Shown: positions 31,406 to 40,396, counted from the first letter of the stretch. The stretch: DNA of 64,000 nucleotides from Rubripirellula sp. (GCA_965216875.1 OZ244207.1:4224001-4288000), one strand, 5' to 3'. Notes: a model not told the origin generated them from the letters alone. Made by a program: numbers and translations.

Positions 31406-32557
31406 ATGAATCGGGCCCTTTCAAGATTCCGCTGCGCACTTGCGATCGTTTCCTCGGCACTGTTTTGCCTCGCGCTCTCACCGAGTGCCTGCGGACAAGC
31501 ACTCCTCGACACCGAAGCAACAGAGATCGCCACCACCGTCGCCGCCCCTGAAGTCGGGGACGCTTCACCAGTGGTTGCCGACGCTTCGCCACCGGTTGGG
31601 GACGTCAATGAACTTGATCCTGGTGACGCTCAGCCACCTGCTGCCGGCAAACGTTGGGCATTGATCCTATGTGGCCTACCGGGCGATGACGAGTTTCGCG
31701 AACAGATGGTCGAAGCCATCACAGGGCTCTATTCACTCAGCCCCGATCGGCTTGGCGTTTCGGCCGAACACCGATTCGTTTTGGCTGGCGACCAAGAGAT
31801 GGCCGAGGCGCTCGAACCGACAACCGGCCCCGTCGAAATCGCGTCGACCGAAGCAGCCATCGCACTTGCCGATCATGTCCGCGAGTCCATCACGCCCGAC
31901 GATTCGTTGTGGGTGATCGTGATCGGGCATACGGACATACAAGGGCGAGCGGCTCGCTGGAATGTCACTGGCACCGACCCCGACCAAAAAGCATTTGCCA
32001 AGTGGTTCCAGCAAATCGATTGTCGTGAAAAGGTCTTTTGGATCACGACACCGCTGAGCGGTTTCTACATTCGCAATTTGAGCGGCCCTAACTCGATCAT
32101 CATCTCGGCAACCCTAGCCGATCTTGAAGTCAGCGCGACCGACATGCCCTACGTGTTGGCCGACGTCATTTCAGACGATCCCGACACTCAAAAGGCGGGC
32201 GACCGCGACGCGGACGGGCAAACCACGCTGCTTGATCTGTACCTTGCGTGTTGCGAGGAGATCGCCTCCCGCTACGAAATCGAAAACCTCGTCTGCACCG
32301 AACACGCACTCATCGACGACAACGGCGACCGCCGCGGTTCCGAGCTGCAGCTGCGTTACCTTCCCGAAGAGCTCGGCGGACGCCCCGAACTGGCAAAACG
32401 CAATCGCCCCAGTTCACTCGACGGAGCCCGAGCGGCAACTGTGCTGCTGCCAAACCTGCCCGTCGCAGCACCGCCTGAAGCGGAGCCTGAAGAGCCCGAG
32501 GCTGAAGCCGAGCCGGACGCCGAAGCGGAACCAGAGCCTGATGCAGATGCTGAGTGA
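31406..32557 (+). CDS. secreted caspase/C13-fold-like hypothetical protein
   Basis: Signal peptide; WALILCGLPGD, VIVIGH, IISAT, DRDADGQTTLLD, EHALIDDNGD; acidic PEAE tail. Confidence 0.6.
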   Translation: MNRALSRFRCALAIVSSALFCLALSPSACGQALLDTEATEIATTVAAPEVGDASPVVADASPPVGDVNELDPGDAQPPAAGKRWALILCGLPGDDEFREQMVEAITGLYSLSPDRLGVSAEHRFVLAGDQEMAEALEPTTGPVEIASTEAAIALADHVRESITPDDSLWVIVIGHTDIQGRAARWNVTGTDPDQKAFAKWFQQIDCREKVFWITTPLSGFYIRNLSGPNSIIISATLADLEVSATDMPYVLADVISDDPDTQKAGDRDADGQTTLLDLYLACCEEIASRYEIENLVCTEHALIDDNGDRRGSELQLRYLPEELGGRPELAKRNRPSSLDGARAATVLLPNLPVAAPPEAEPEEPEAEAEPDAEAEPEPDADAE

Positions 32558-32564
32558 TCTCGAA

Positions 32565-32779
32565 GTGAGCCGAACGCGCTAGCGTCGGGCCCCGAGGATT
32601 CACGCTGCAGCGTCAGTTCTACGTAGGCCAGATCCAGAAGCAACAGCGACGCAGATCCGTCACCTTCCCTTTGCGCAGCTACCCTTGCCAGAGAAACGTA
32701 TACCAAGGCGTTCTCCACCACCCCCACGCTCTGGCGAGCGTAGCTACGGTCGCCACGTCCTTCTGGCGAACGTCGCTAC
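32565..32779. repeat. Intergenic mosaic of REP-like families D, F and A
   Basis: GTGAGCCGAACGCGCTAGCGTCGGG (32565), GTAGGCCAGATC..AGCGACGCAGATCCG (32623), inverted family-A copies at 32724-32747 and 32753-32779. Confidence 0.8.
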
Positions 32780-32868
32780 GGTGGCGTGGTACCTAGGTCA
32801 ATCGTGCAGAATCGGTTAGAACAGTCGTTGAAGTTTGAACGCCTCAGGGACTCGACGACGCGATTGGC

Positions 32869-33402
32869 ATGAGTGGGCAAAATATCGAAACGGCTTACCT
32901 GTATTGCCCTCGCTGTGGCGCCAAATCCAAAGCGTCGCCAGCCGTACCGTTTCGATGTGCCGAGTGCAATTTCGCCAACTTCTTTGGGCCCGTTGGAGCG
33001 GTCGGAGCCATTGTCACCGATGGCGAAGGGAAGGTCCTATTTGTGCGTCGCGCCAAAAACCCGGGCAAGGGTATGTGGGGCCTACCGGGTGGCTTCATCG
33101 ATCGTGGTGAATCGGGCGAACAAGCACTCTGCCGCGAAGTCCTCGAAGAAACCGGACTGACCGTCACGCAGTGCAACTACTTGTTGTCCGCCCCCAACAA
33201 TTACAACTATCAAGGTCTCGTCGCGCCGGTGATCGACCTGTTCTACACCTGCGAAGTCGAACCGGGGCCGATCGAATTGGTCGACGGGGAATTGGATCAT
33301 TACGAATGGGCGCGTCCGAGTGAGGACTATCTGTCCCACATGGCCTTCGAGTCCAACCGCAAAGCGCTCGAGTACTGGGCGTCGCAGCAATCGGCCTCTT
33401 GA
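32869..33402 (+). CDS. NUDIX hydrolase with N-terminal zinc ribbon
   Basis: CPRC..CAEC ribbon; Nudix box GGFIDRGESGEQALCREVLEETGL. Confidence 0.93.
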   Translation: MSGQNIETAYLYCPRCGAKSKASPAVPFRCAECNFANFFGPVGAVGAIVTDGEGKVLFVRRAKNPGKGMWGLPGGFIDRGESGEQALCREVLEETGLTVTQCNYLLSAPNNYNYQGLVAPVIDLFYTCEVEPGPIELVDGELDHYEWARPSEDYLSHMAFESNRKALEYWASQQSAS

Positions 33403-33412
33403 GCGGCTGTTC

Positions 33413-33522
33413 GTAGTACCGGCTTTAGCCGGAATCTTCACGCCCTTCCGCCTAAAGGCGGGACTACAAACGGCGCTCAGTCCGGGCCTTAGAGCCCGAC
33501 TCTGCCAAGGAAGAGTGTTTTG
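33413..33522. repeat. Family B REP doublet followed by a 42-bp element also found at 51828-51869
   Basis: GTAGTACCGGCTTTAGCCGGAA..TTCCGCCTAAAGGCGGGACTAC (33413-33467); TCCGGGCCTTAGAGCCCGACTCTGCCAAGGAAGAGTGTTTTG (33481-33522). Confidence 0.82.
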
Positions 33523-33526
33523 AAGA

Positions 33527-33739
33527 TCACTTGGTCAGAATCAGCTTTCCCTGACGGGTTTTTCGCAATCGATAGATCTGCCCTTCCATCTCAATCCAGA
33601 TTTCGTCGCCACACTTGGCCAATGACGAAAAGGGAATGATCTTCGGAATGGCGACCCCATCGGCAGCCGCAGCGGACAAGCTTTCTGGATTGCCCCCAGC
33701 GAACGATGAATCGTGTTCGGACGACGATGAAGTGTTCAA
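33527..33739 (-). CDS. hemP: hemin uptake protein HemP
   Basis: EIWIEMEGQIYRLRKTRQGKLILTK matches the HemP C-terminal motif. Confidence 0.88.
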   Translation of the reverse strand: MNTSSSSEHDSSFAGGNPESLSAAAADGVAIPKIIPFSSLAKCGDEIWIEMEGQIYRLRKTRQGKLILTK

Positions 33740-33829
33740 CGTTTCGGCTGAAAAAGGGGCAGGGGATTGGAGACGACTGCCCGCGACAAAGTCGGTAAGC
33801 TGCCATCGACTTTCGCTATCGTAGTCTTT

Positions 33830-33844
33830 TGAGAATGACTCGCA
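33830..33844. promoter_or_regulatory. Fur-like 7-1-7 box in the hemP/ferritin divergent intergenic region
   Basis: TGAGAAT-G-ACTCGCA; additional half-sites TGAGAAC (33939) and ATTCTCA (33991). Confidence 0.55.
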
Positions 33845-34117
33845 ATAGCGGTTTGGCGACTGTTAAAAAACAAACCGAACCGCTCCGTCGATCGGCCCGA
33901 ATCGGGAGCCTGAAAGCGCGCGGCTGCCTCGCTGATGTTGAGAACGCTTATCGTCTATTTCCTATAGAAACAGACCACTTATTGCCGTCCATTCTCAACA
34001 AGAAAACTTTTTAAATGTTTCTATCTCGAAGCGCCGATTTGGCGTTGCAGGTACCGCGCGAACGCGCTATCTGAAAAGAGAAAGACCCTGCAAACCAACC
34101 TCTCAGGAGAGACACTT

Positions 34118-34570
34118 ATGTCAAATCAAGCAATCATCGATCACCTCAACGAAATCCTGAAGCACGAATGGACCGGCGTTGCTCAGTACTCGCAGGCTGC
34201 TTTCATCGTCGAAGGCATCTGGCGCGAGGTTTACGCCGAGACCTTCATGGAGAACGCCGAGGAATCCTTCGGCCACGCCAAGCTGGTTGGCGACAAGATC
34301 GTTGCCCTCGGTGGCGTTCCCGTCGCCACTCGCAACGAAATCAAGCAATCACGCGACTTGCAAGAAGTGCTCGAGTTCAGTCTCGCTTTCGAAGCCAAAG
34401 CGGTTGAGATGTACGACAAGGCGATCGACATGGCCGAAGGAGACAAGGCTCTGGTCATCTTCCTCGAGGACATCCTCAAAGAAGAGCAAGAAGGTGTCGA
34501 CGAGTTCACCAAACTGCTCCGCAACTCGGGCGGCGCCAGCGCTGCCAACCCGGCCAGCAAGACTGCCTAG
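34118..34570 (+). CDS. bacterioferritin-like ferritin-superfamily protein
   Basis: LNEILKHEW..QY, HAKLVGDKIVALGG, LAFEAKAVEMY, ILKEEQE four-helix-bundle pattern; AGGAG RBS upstream. Confidence 0.88.
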   Translation: MSNQAIIDHLNEILKHEWTGVAQYSQAAFIVEGIWREVYAETFMENAEESFGHAKLVGDKIVALGGVPVATRNEIKQSRDLQEVLEFSLAFEAKAVEMYDKAIDMAEGDKALVIFLEDILKEEQEGVDEFTKLLRNSGGASAANPASKTA

Positions 34571-34588
34571 CCACAAAGGCTCGTACTC

Positions 34589-34720
34589 GTAGGGTGCGTG
34601 CTTGCACGCACCATGCAGACTCGTAGGGTGCGTGCTTGCACGCACCATGCAGACTCGTAGGGTGCGTGCTTTCACGCACCATGCCGACCAGAGGACTGGG
34701 CGCGTGTCAGCACGCGCCCC
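34589..34720. repeat. Three tandem family C REPs (34-bp period) plus a degenerate hairpin
   Basis: GTAGGGTGCGTGCTTGCACGCACC at 34589, 34623 and 34657 (third copy has one substitution); GGGCGCGTG..CACGCGCCC at about 34698-34720. Confidence 0.9.
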
Positions 34721-34734
34721 GCTTTGGCGAGAGA

Positions 34735-35028
34735 CTATCCGACCTGGGCTGCTGCCTCGGTAAAGCTAAGAATTGCCGGACTCGCGGAAGTACGGCGTTG
34801 CGGCTGGAGCGACTTGGTTTGGCCGCCGGAAAGAGCCATCTTCAAACCCGCGACTTGCTCTGGCATCACAGCGATCCGGCTCTGAACGAACCAACCGACG
34901 TCGGCCGATCGTGTTTCTTGTCGCAATACCAGCCGGCTCGGCCCCTCTTCGGGTTGCTCAACGGCAACGACCAAACGGTTGTCTTCGTCTTTGCTGGGAA
35001 AAACGTTGATGATCGATTCGCGGACCAT
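34735..35028 (-). CDS. small hypothetical protein
   Basis: 97-aa ORF with ATG start; Fur-like box about 50 bp upstream. Confidence 0.65.
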   Translation of the reverse strand: MVRESIINVFPSKDEDNRLVVAVEQPEEGPSRLVLRQETRSADVGWFVQSRIAVMPEQVAGLKMALSGGQTKSLQPQRRTSASPAILSFTEAAAQVG

Positions 35029-35080
35029 TCGGGTTCCAAAGCAGCTGGAAAGGGTGGGGCTGAGAGAAAAACCACGTTAA

Positions 35081-35095
35081 TGAAAGTCATTCTCA
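35081..35095. promoter_or_regulatory. Fur-like box between the hypothetical gene and the ferredoxin
   Basis: TGAAAGT-C-ATTCTCA, the same 7-1-7 pattern as at 33830. Confidence 0.55.
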
Positions 35096-35283
35096 ACAGC
35101 CAGATTCTAATCGACCTATAATGGCCGTCAACGGCAATCGACTGGTTGGCTCGCACGAATCTCCGCAGCCCGAGCGACCCAGACTGGAGTAGCCCGAAAC
35201 CGGGCGATGCCGTCATTCGCGGGGATTCCGTCGCAATTGGACGACGATCCATTCTCCCAGCTAGACACAGGAAAACGCCAATC

Positions 35284-35652
35284 GTGGCTGATCGAGGCCT
35301 CAAAGATGCCCGCCACCGCGCCATAAAGCTCCATCTCGACTCGGTAACTCGCACGATTTTGCTGTGTGTCGACCGGCGAGAAGCGGGCTGCGCCAGTGGC
35401 AAACAGATGAACGAGTCGTGGAAACACCTCAAACACCGCCTCAAATCACTGGGACTCTCCAAGCGTGGCGGCGTTTTGCGGCTGAAAATCGGCTGCTGCG
35501 GCATCTGCAAAGCGGGCCCGGTCGCTGCGGTGATGCCCGATGGCGTCTGGTACGGCCGCTGCACGCCCGAGGTGCTCGATGAAATCATCGACCGTCATCT
35601 CGTCGAGGGTGAAGTGGTCGAGAAGTACGTGATCGCCGACCCGCGCGCCTGA
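35284..35652 (+). CDS. thioredoxin-like (2Fe-2S) ferredoxin
   Basis: LLC..C, GCCGICKAGP, VMPDGVWY, HLVEGEVVE; GTG start preceded by AGGA. Confidence 0.88.
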   Translation: MADRGLKDARHRAIKLHLDSVTRTILLCVDRREAGCASGKQMNESWKHLKHRLKSLGLSKRGGVLRLKIGCCGICKAGPVAAVMPDGVWYGRCTPEVLDEIIDRHLVEGEVVEKYVIADPRA

Positions 35653-35674
35653 GCACCTACCTCTCCACCTCCCC

Positions 35675-35850
35675 CTCGTTCCCCCGCTCCTCCGTGGGAA
35701 CGTCCTCCCGGACGCTCCGCGTCCCGCATCCCGTCAGGCTGTTCGTTCGTAGTACCGAGCTTTAGCCGGAATCTTCCCCCACCTCTCACCTCGTTCCCAC
35801 GCTCCTGCGTGGGAACATCCTCCTGGACGCTCCGCGTCCCGCATCCCGTC
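35675..35850. repeat. Two ~61-bp direct repeats (family E) enclosing a family B REP
   Basis: CTCGTTCCC(A/C)CGCTCC..CGTGGGAAC..GGACGCTCCGCGTCCCGCATCCCGTC at 35675 and 35790; GTAGTACCGAGCTTTAGCCGGAA at 35749. Confidence 0.85.
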
Positions 35851-35975
35851 TAGCCTTTCGTTCTTAGCGGCGCTCCCCAAGGTACGGCCTCGAAAAACCT
35901 GATGCCGACAATTTCAGGGTTTCGCGATATGATTCAGGCTGATTCCTTTGAAACCAGAATTCCACGGACAGGTCG

Positions 35976-37625
35976 ATGCCAGCGAGTCCCACGTTACGTT
36001 TCCAGGTCGTTTCCTGCCTCAAGGTCGTCGTTTGCAGCCTCCCGCTGTTTGTCACTGGTTGCTCCAACAGCGACTCGTCGAATCAGTCATTAACGAGCGC
36101 TGAATCGCAAGCCGACGACACGCTGCCCGACATCCCCAAACTGCCTGGCGATGCTTCCGCGGACAACGCCGACCAACCAACACAATCTCAGAACGAAGCA
36201 AGTGCGGGCAATCCGCCGCAAGCGGGCGGGCAAGGACCGGCCCCGGGAATGCTCAGTGAAAAACAACTTCAACCATCGCCCGCACTCGAAGAACGCAAGC
36301 TGCGTCCCAACTTGCCGCCGGCTGATCTCGTACGCTTCCTCGCGGCCGCCGACGAGGACCTCAAGATCATCATGTCGGGCCGCGCCGGCCTAAAGACATT
36401 CGAAGAAGCTCGCGACAAACAGCTATCGATCGTCCGTTCGAAACTCGAGGCCTCCAAGCGACTTCTCGAGCACGCGGATGCGAGCGCGGCGATGCGGAGC
36501 GAAGGGGCGCGCGGACAACTGCAAGCGCTTTCGCACCTGGCTTCGATGGGCGACCTCAAGTCGGCCGAGGAGCTTGAAACCATCGCAACCGACAACCTGA
36601 AATCAGAGGACGCGGCACTTGTTGGCGACAGTCAACTCGTGTTGATCGGATTCGCCATCGAAGGCCTGCAAAACGGCAAAGAAGGTGCTGCGGGTAAGAT
36701 CGTTCAGCTCGTCGATGCGATTGCCGCCAACAGCGCGGAACCCGACGTGCCCGCTTTGATGGTGATGGGCCAGGCACGGCAGGTCCTGTTGCAATACGAA
36801 CACGTTGACGAAGCGAAACACGTTCGCAAAGTGATTGTGGATCTGTACGGCGATGCCAAGGATCCGACCATCGCCATGATGGCCGCCCAGATCGCTGGCA
36901 ATGTTCAATACGACGAGATCAACGTTCTGCGAGGACAGATTGTTAAAGGCGAAACGGTGACTGCCGACCAATGGAAATCGGCTGTCGAGACCCTGATCGC
37001 AGAATCGGCCGACATCCAAACCGTCCAATACCTTGCCGGCGCCGCCCTCGAGCTCGAGTCGGTCGAGCAAGAGGAAATGGTCAACATCACGCTGCAAGCA
37101 CTCGTCGATCAATTCGATGATCCCGATTCGGTCACCGGCAAAGAAGTCGAGCTCGCCGTCGCGGCACGCCAAGCGCGCCAGCAGGTGATCGGGCTGACCT
37201 TCACGCCCGATTTGAAGAGCGTCGATGGCAAGGAACTGAACCTCGATACCTACCGTGGCAAAGTTGTCTTGGTGCCGTTTTGGGCAACCGGGTTCCCAGC
37301 CTCGCTGCAGCTCGTCCCTGCCTTGAAGGCGCTCGTAGAAGAGCATGGCGACAAGGTGGCCATCGTCGGTGTGAATCTCGACCGAGACCTGCTCGACGTG
37401 CAAAAGTTCGCCGCCGGAAACGACCTCGGATTTCCGAGTTTCTACGCCCAGTCATCGCCAACGGCGGACGTCGCCAACCCGGTGGCGGCCCAATTTGGAA
37501 TGGTCTCGATGCCATTTCTTGCCATCTTGGACAAAGAGGGCAAGGTCGCCGCGATCAATTACACCGGTCGAGAATTGTCCGAAACGGTTGCGACACTCGT
37601 TGGCGATGCGGCGTCAAAGGAGTGA
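35976..37625 (+). CDS. TlpA-like redoxin-domain lipoprotein lacking CxxC
   Basis: Lipobox FVTGC; helical N-terminal region; C-terminal YRGKVVLVPFWATGFPAS..IVGVNLD..MP..ILDKEGKV. Confidence 0.8.
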   Translation: MPASPTLRFQVVSCLKVVVCSLPLFVTGCSNSDSSNQSLTSAESQADDTLPDIPKLPGDASADNADQPTQSQNEASAGNPPQAGGQGPAPGMLSEKQLQPSPALEERKLRPNLPPADLVRFLAAADEDLKIIMSGRAGLKTFEEARDKQLSIVRSKLEASKRLLEHADASAAMRSEGARGQLQALSHLASMGDLKSAEELETIATDNLKSEDAALVGDSQLVLIGFAIEGLQNGKEGAAGKIVQLVDAIAANSAEPDVPALMVMGQARQVLLQYEHVDEAKHVRKVIVDLYGDAKDPTIAMMAAQIAGNVQYDEINVLRGQIVKGETVTADQWKSAVETLIAESADIQTVQYLAGAALELESVEQEEMVNITLQALVDQFDDPDSVTGKEVELAVAARQARQQVIGLTFTPDLKSVDGKELNLDTYRGKVVLVPFWATGFPASLQLVPALKALVEEHGDKVAIVGVNLDRDLLDVQKFAAGNDLGFPSFYAQSSPTADVANPVAAQFGMVSMPFLAILDKEGKVAAINYTGRELSETVATLVGDAASKE

Positions 37626-37630
37626 GCGCA

Positions 37631-37657
37631 TAAAAAAGCCCCGCAAAAAGCAGGGCT
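37631..37657. terminator. intrinsic terminator of tRNA-Cys (possibly bidirectional)
   Basis: On the minus strand GCCCTGC-TTTTT-GCGGGGC is followed by TTTTTT, between convergent genes. Confidence 0.75.
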
Positions 37658-37659
37658 AG

Positions 37660-37732
37660 AGGCGACGGCGGGATTCGAACCCGCGCATAACGGATTTGCA
37701 ATCCGCTCCCTTAGCCGCTTGGGTACGTCGCC
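37660..37732 (-). tRNA. tRNA-Cys (GCA)
   Basis: GGCGACG acceptor stem, anticodon loop TTGCAAA, GGTTCGAATCC T-arm; CCA not encoded. Confidence 0.96.
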
Positions 37733-37909
37733 TTGATTTGCGCAACCTAGGAAAAGGTTGGCGATCAGTCAAGATCGGTAGTTTTTTTCGATTGACCGGA
37801 CGATCAGTCGATTACTCCGGTAGTATCGGCCCACCATGTGGCAGCACTTAACTAGAGGTCGAAAGAATTTGTCGGGTTCGACCTGCGGCAAAAAATCACT
37901 TCGAAATCG

Positions 37910-39187
37910 CTAAAGCAACAGCCCAGCGACGGCTCCGGTCATGCAGCACGCGAGCAGGCCACCGAACATCGCTCGCAGGCCGAGCTGGGCAAGGTCTTTC
38001 TTGCGAGATTCTTCCAGCCCGCCGATTCCGCCCACCTGTATCCCAATGGCGCCAAAGTTACTGAACCCAGCAAGTGCATAGGTCAGCACCGTTGCCGTTC
38101 GCTGGCTGATTTGCCCCTCCGCTCCAACGTCCGCCTTGCCAAGTTGATCGTAGGCGATGAATTCATTGGCAACCGTCTTGATCCCGATCAACTCGCCCGC
38201 CTGCAAACATTCCGACGCCGGGATGCCCATCAACCACGCCAGTGGCCAACAGACATACCCAAGAATCGTGCCCAGCGTCAGCTGCGGAATCGAGGCGGCT
38301 GTGTACAAGCCACTCCAATCGCCAAACGTACCGACCACCGTGCAACCATAGCCAAGGATCATGTCGAACAGGGCGATCAACGCCAAAAAAGCAATCAGCA
38401 TCGCTCCCACGTTCAATGCCAACTTCAATCCATCGCTGGCTCCCTCGACCGCCGCCCCAATCAGGTTGACCTGCTCGCTCGGCGGCGACATCTGCATTTC
38501 CGCCGAGACTTTTTCTGGCTCCTCCTCGGGCACCATCACTTTCGCGATCAGCAGCGCGGCCGGCGCGCTGATCACCGAAGCGGTCAACAGGTGAGAGATC
38601 TCAATTCCCATACCTGCGTAAACCCCCAGCAGACCGCCCGTCACCGTTGCGAACCCGCCGGTCATCATGGCGTTGAGCTCACTGCGCGTCATCGTCGCCA
38701 AATAGGGCTTCACAACGAGCGGCGCTTCGGTGTGTCCGACAAACACGTTTGCGGCAGCCGACAAGGTTTCGGCTCCACTTGTTCCGAGCGTGAATCGCAT
38801 GACCCAGGCCATCGCCCAAACCAAACGCTGCATGATCCCCAAGTAGTAAAGGATGCTCATCAACGAGGAAAAGAAGATGACTGTCGGCAAGACTCCGAAC
38901 GCAAACGTCGCCAACAGATTGTCGCCAAGTTCGTTTTGACCCCCAACATCAAACAAGAATCCGCTGCCCGCGCTGACCGAATTCATCACGTTTTGAAAAC
39001 CGATGCCAATCGCTTCAAAAACCGACTGCCCCGCGCTGGTCCGCAGCACAAAGACGCCAAGACCGAGCTGCAACAACAACCCACCGAGCACCACTCGCCA
39101 GGGAAACCGACGCCGATTACTGCTGATCAACCAAGCCAGCAAAATGAACACGACCAGGCCAACAAGACAAATCAATCGGGCCTGCAT
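37910..39187 (-). CDS. nupC: CNT family nucleoside transporter (NupC-like)
   Basis: AANVFVGHTEAP, MTGGFATV, KTVANEFIAY, ALAGFSNFGAIGIQVGG; adjacent to upp. Confidence 0.93.
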   Translation of the reverse strand: MQARLICLVGLVVFILLAWLISSNRRRFPWRVVLGGLLLQLGLGVFVLRTSAGQSVFEAIGIGFQNVMNSVSAGSGFLFDVGGQNELGDNLLATFAFGVLPTVIFFSSLMSILYYLGIMQRLVWAMAWVMRFTLGTSGAETLSAAANVFVGHTEAPLVVKPYLATMTRSELNAMMTGGFATVTGGLLGVYAGMGIEISHLLTASVISAPAALLIAKVMVPEEEPEKVSAEMQMSPPSEQVNLIGAAVEGASDGLKLALNVGAMLIAFLALIALFDMILGYGCTVVGTFGDWSGLYTAASIPQLTLGTILGYVCWPLAWLMGIPASECLQAGELIGIKTVANEFIAYDQLGKADVGAEGQISQRTATVLTYALAGFSNFGAIGIQVGGIGGLEESRKKDLAQLGLRAMFGGLLACCMTGAVAGLLL

Positions 39188-39225
39188 CGATGCGGTCTCT
39201 CAGGTGGATAGGGGGTCGATGGATG

Positions 39226-39861
39226 TCAGTCGATTTGCGGCGTGTCGAAAATTCGATCGCCCGCATCGCCAAGTCCCGGCACAATGAACGACTGTTCGTT
39301 CAAGACCGGATCAATGGCGGCAACGTACAATTTCAAGTCAGGGAAGTCGCGGCCAACACGGTCGATGCCGTACTGCGAAGCGATGATGCTGAGCACGCGG
39401 ATGTCGTCGACGCCCCACTCCATCAATCGACGCACGACCATGTCGATTGACCCGCCCGTGGCCAACATCGGATCGAGCACCAAGGCGATGTTTGGCGCGC
39501 CCGAATGCGGAAGCTTGTCGTAATACCCAACCGGCTCTGCCGTCTCTTCATTGCGGTACATCCCCAAGTGCCAAACCGCTGCGTCAGGCAACAGGTCTTG
39601 CAGCGGGTCGACCATCCCCAATCCGGCTCGCAAAATCGGAACGAGCCCGATTTGCACTGACAGCTGATTGCAATCGGCCGGACAGAGTGGTGTTTGGATT
39701 TGGACGGGCGCCGTGGGCAAGTCCTTGGTCGCCGACGCACCGACCAGCACCGCCAACCTCTGAATTGCGGCTCGAAACTCAGATGGCCGCGTCGCCTTGT
39801 CACGAACCGTGCAAAGATGATGCTCGACCAGTGGATGCTCGATTCGCGTGACGTGACTCAC
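39226..39861 (-). CDS. upp: uracil phosphoribosyltransferase
   Basis: HPLVEH, VPILRAGLGM, LDPMLATGGS, IVPGLGDAGDR; GTG start. Confidence 0.96.
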   Translation of the reverse strand: MSHVTRIEHPLVEHHLCTVRDKATRPSEFRAAIQRLAVLVGASATKDLPTAPVQIQTPLCPADCNQLSVQIGLVPILRAGLGMVDPLQDLLPDAAVWHLGMYRNEETAEPVGYYDKLPHSGAPNIALVLDPMLATGGSIDMVVRRLMEWGVDDIRVLSIIASQYGIDRVGRDFPDLKLYVAAIDPVLNEQSFIVPGLGDAGDRIFDTPQID

Positions 39862-40106
39862 AAGCAGACGACCTGATGCTTGAGATGGATAGGGTGTGAA
39901 AGCGTCACCAGGTCTCAATCAGCCCGGCAGCGACGAGATTCTAATGTTTTTTCCCCGGCCGTGCTTTGCGCCGATTGGAAGTGTGCGGGTTTGTGCCGGG
40001 CCCAGGGAACCGCAAACGGGCGCAGTTCACCTGAGGCGAGAAGTTTGGTAAGTTCCTCCCTCCCGCGCGAAACCCTCACGGGATTTGTGTGTCTGAAAAG
40101 TGGAAC

Positions 40107-40193
40107 GGATGGGTGGCCGAGTGGTCGAAGGCACCAGTCTTGAAAACTGGCGTACGTTTGCGCGTACCGTGGGTTCGAATCCCACCCCATCCG
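40107..40193 (+). tRNA. tRNA-Ser (TGA)
   Basis: GGATGGG/CCCATCC acceptor stem, anticodon loop CTTGAAA, long variable arm, GGTTCGAATCC. Confidence 0.96.
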
Positions 40194-40220
40194 CTTCTCT
40201 CTACCAAACGGCCCTTCGCC

Positions 40221-40260
40221 GTAGGCCGGATCAAGGAGCGACAGCGACGCAGATCCGGCA
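40221..40260. repeat. REP-like element, family F
   Basis: GTAGGCCGGATC..AGCGACGCAGATCCGGCA, homologous to 32623-32662. Confidence 0.7.
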
Positions 40261-40344
40261 CCCCACTTCAACGCCACAAAGCGGCTAAAGCCCGGCACGG
40301 CGAACTCTGGGCTCGCAATCATCCACAACAGCTTGAAAAAACGC

Positions 40345-40386
40345 TTGACTTCGCTCCCCGCACCTTGTATCAATTGACTAACACAA
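40345..40386 (+). promoter_or_regulatory. promoter with YtrA-type GntR operator
   Basis: TTGACT-N17-TATCAA, overlapped by the imperfect palindrome TTGTATCAATTGACTAACACAA (40365-40386). Confidence 0.65.
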
Positions 40387-40396
40387 CGGTGCAACC

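Noticed and set aside
34589..34680. Possible mini-CRISPR (24-bp palindromic repeat x3)
   Set aside because: The 10-bp linkers are identical (ATGCAGACTC) and the same repeat occurs dispersed at 49071-49396.
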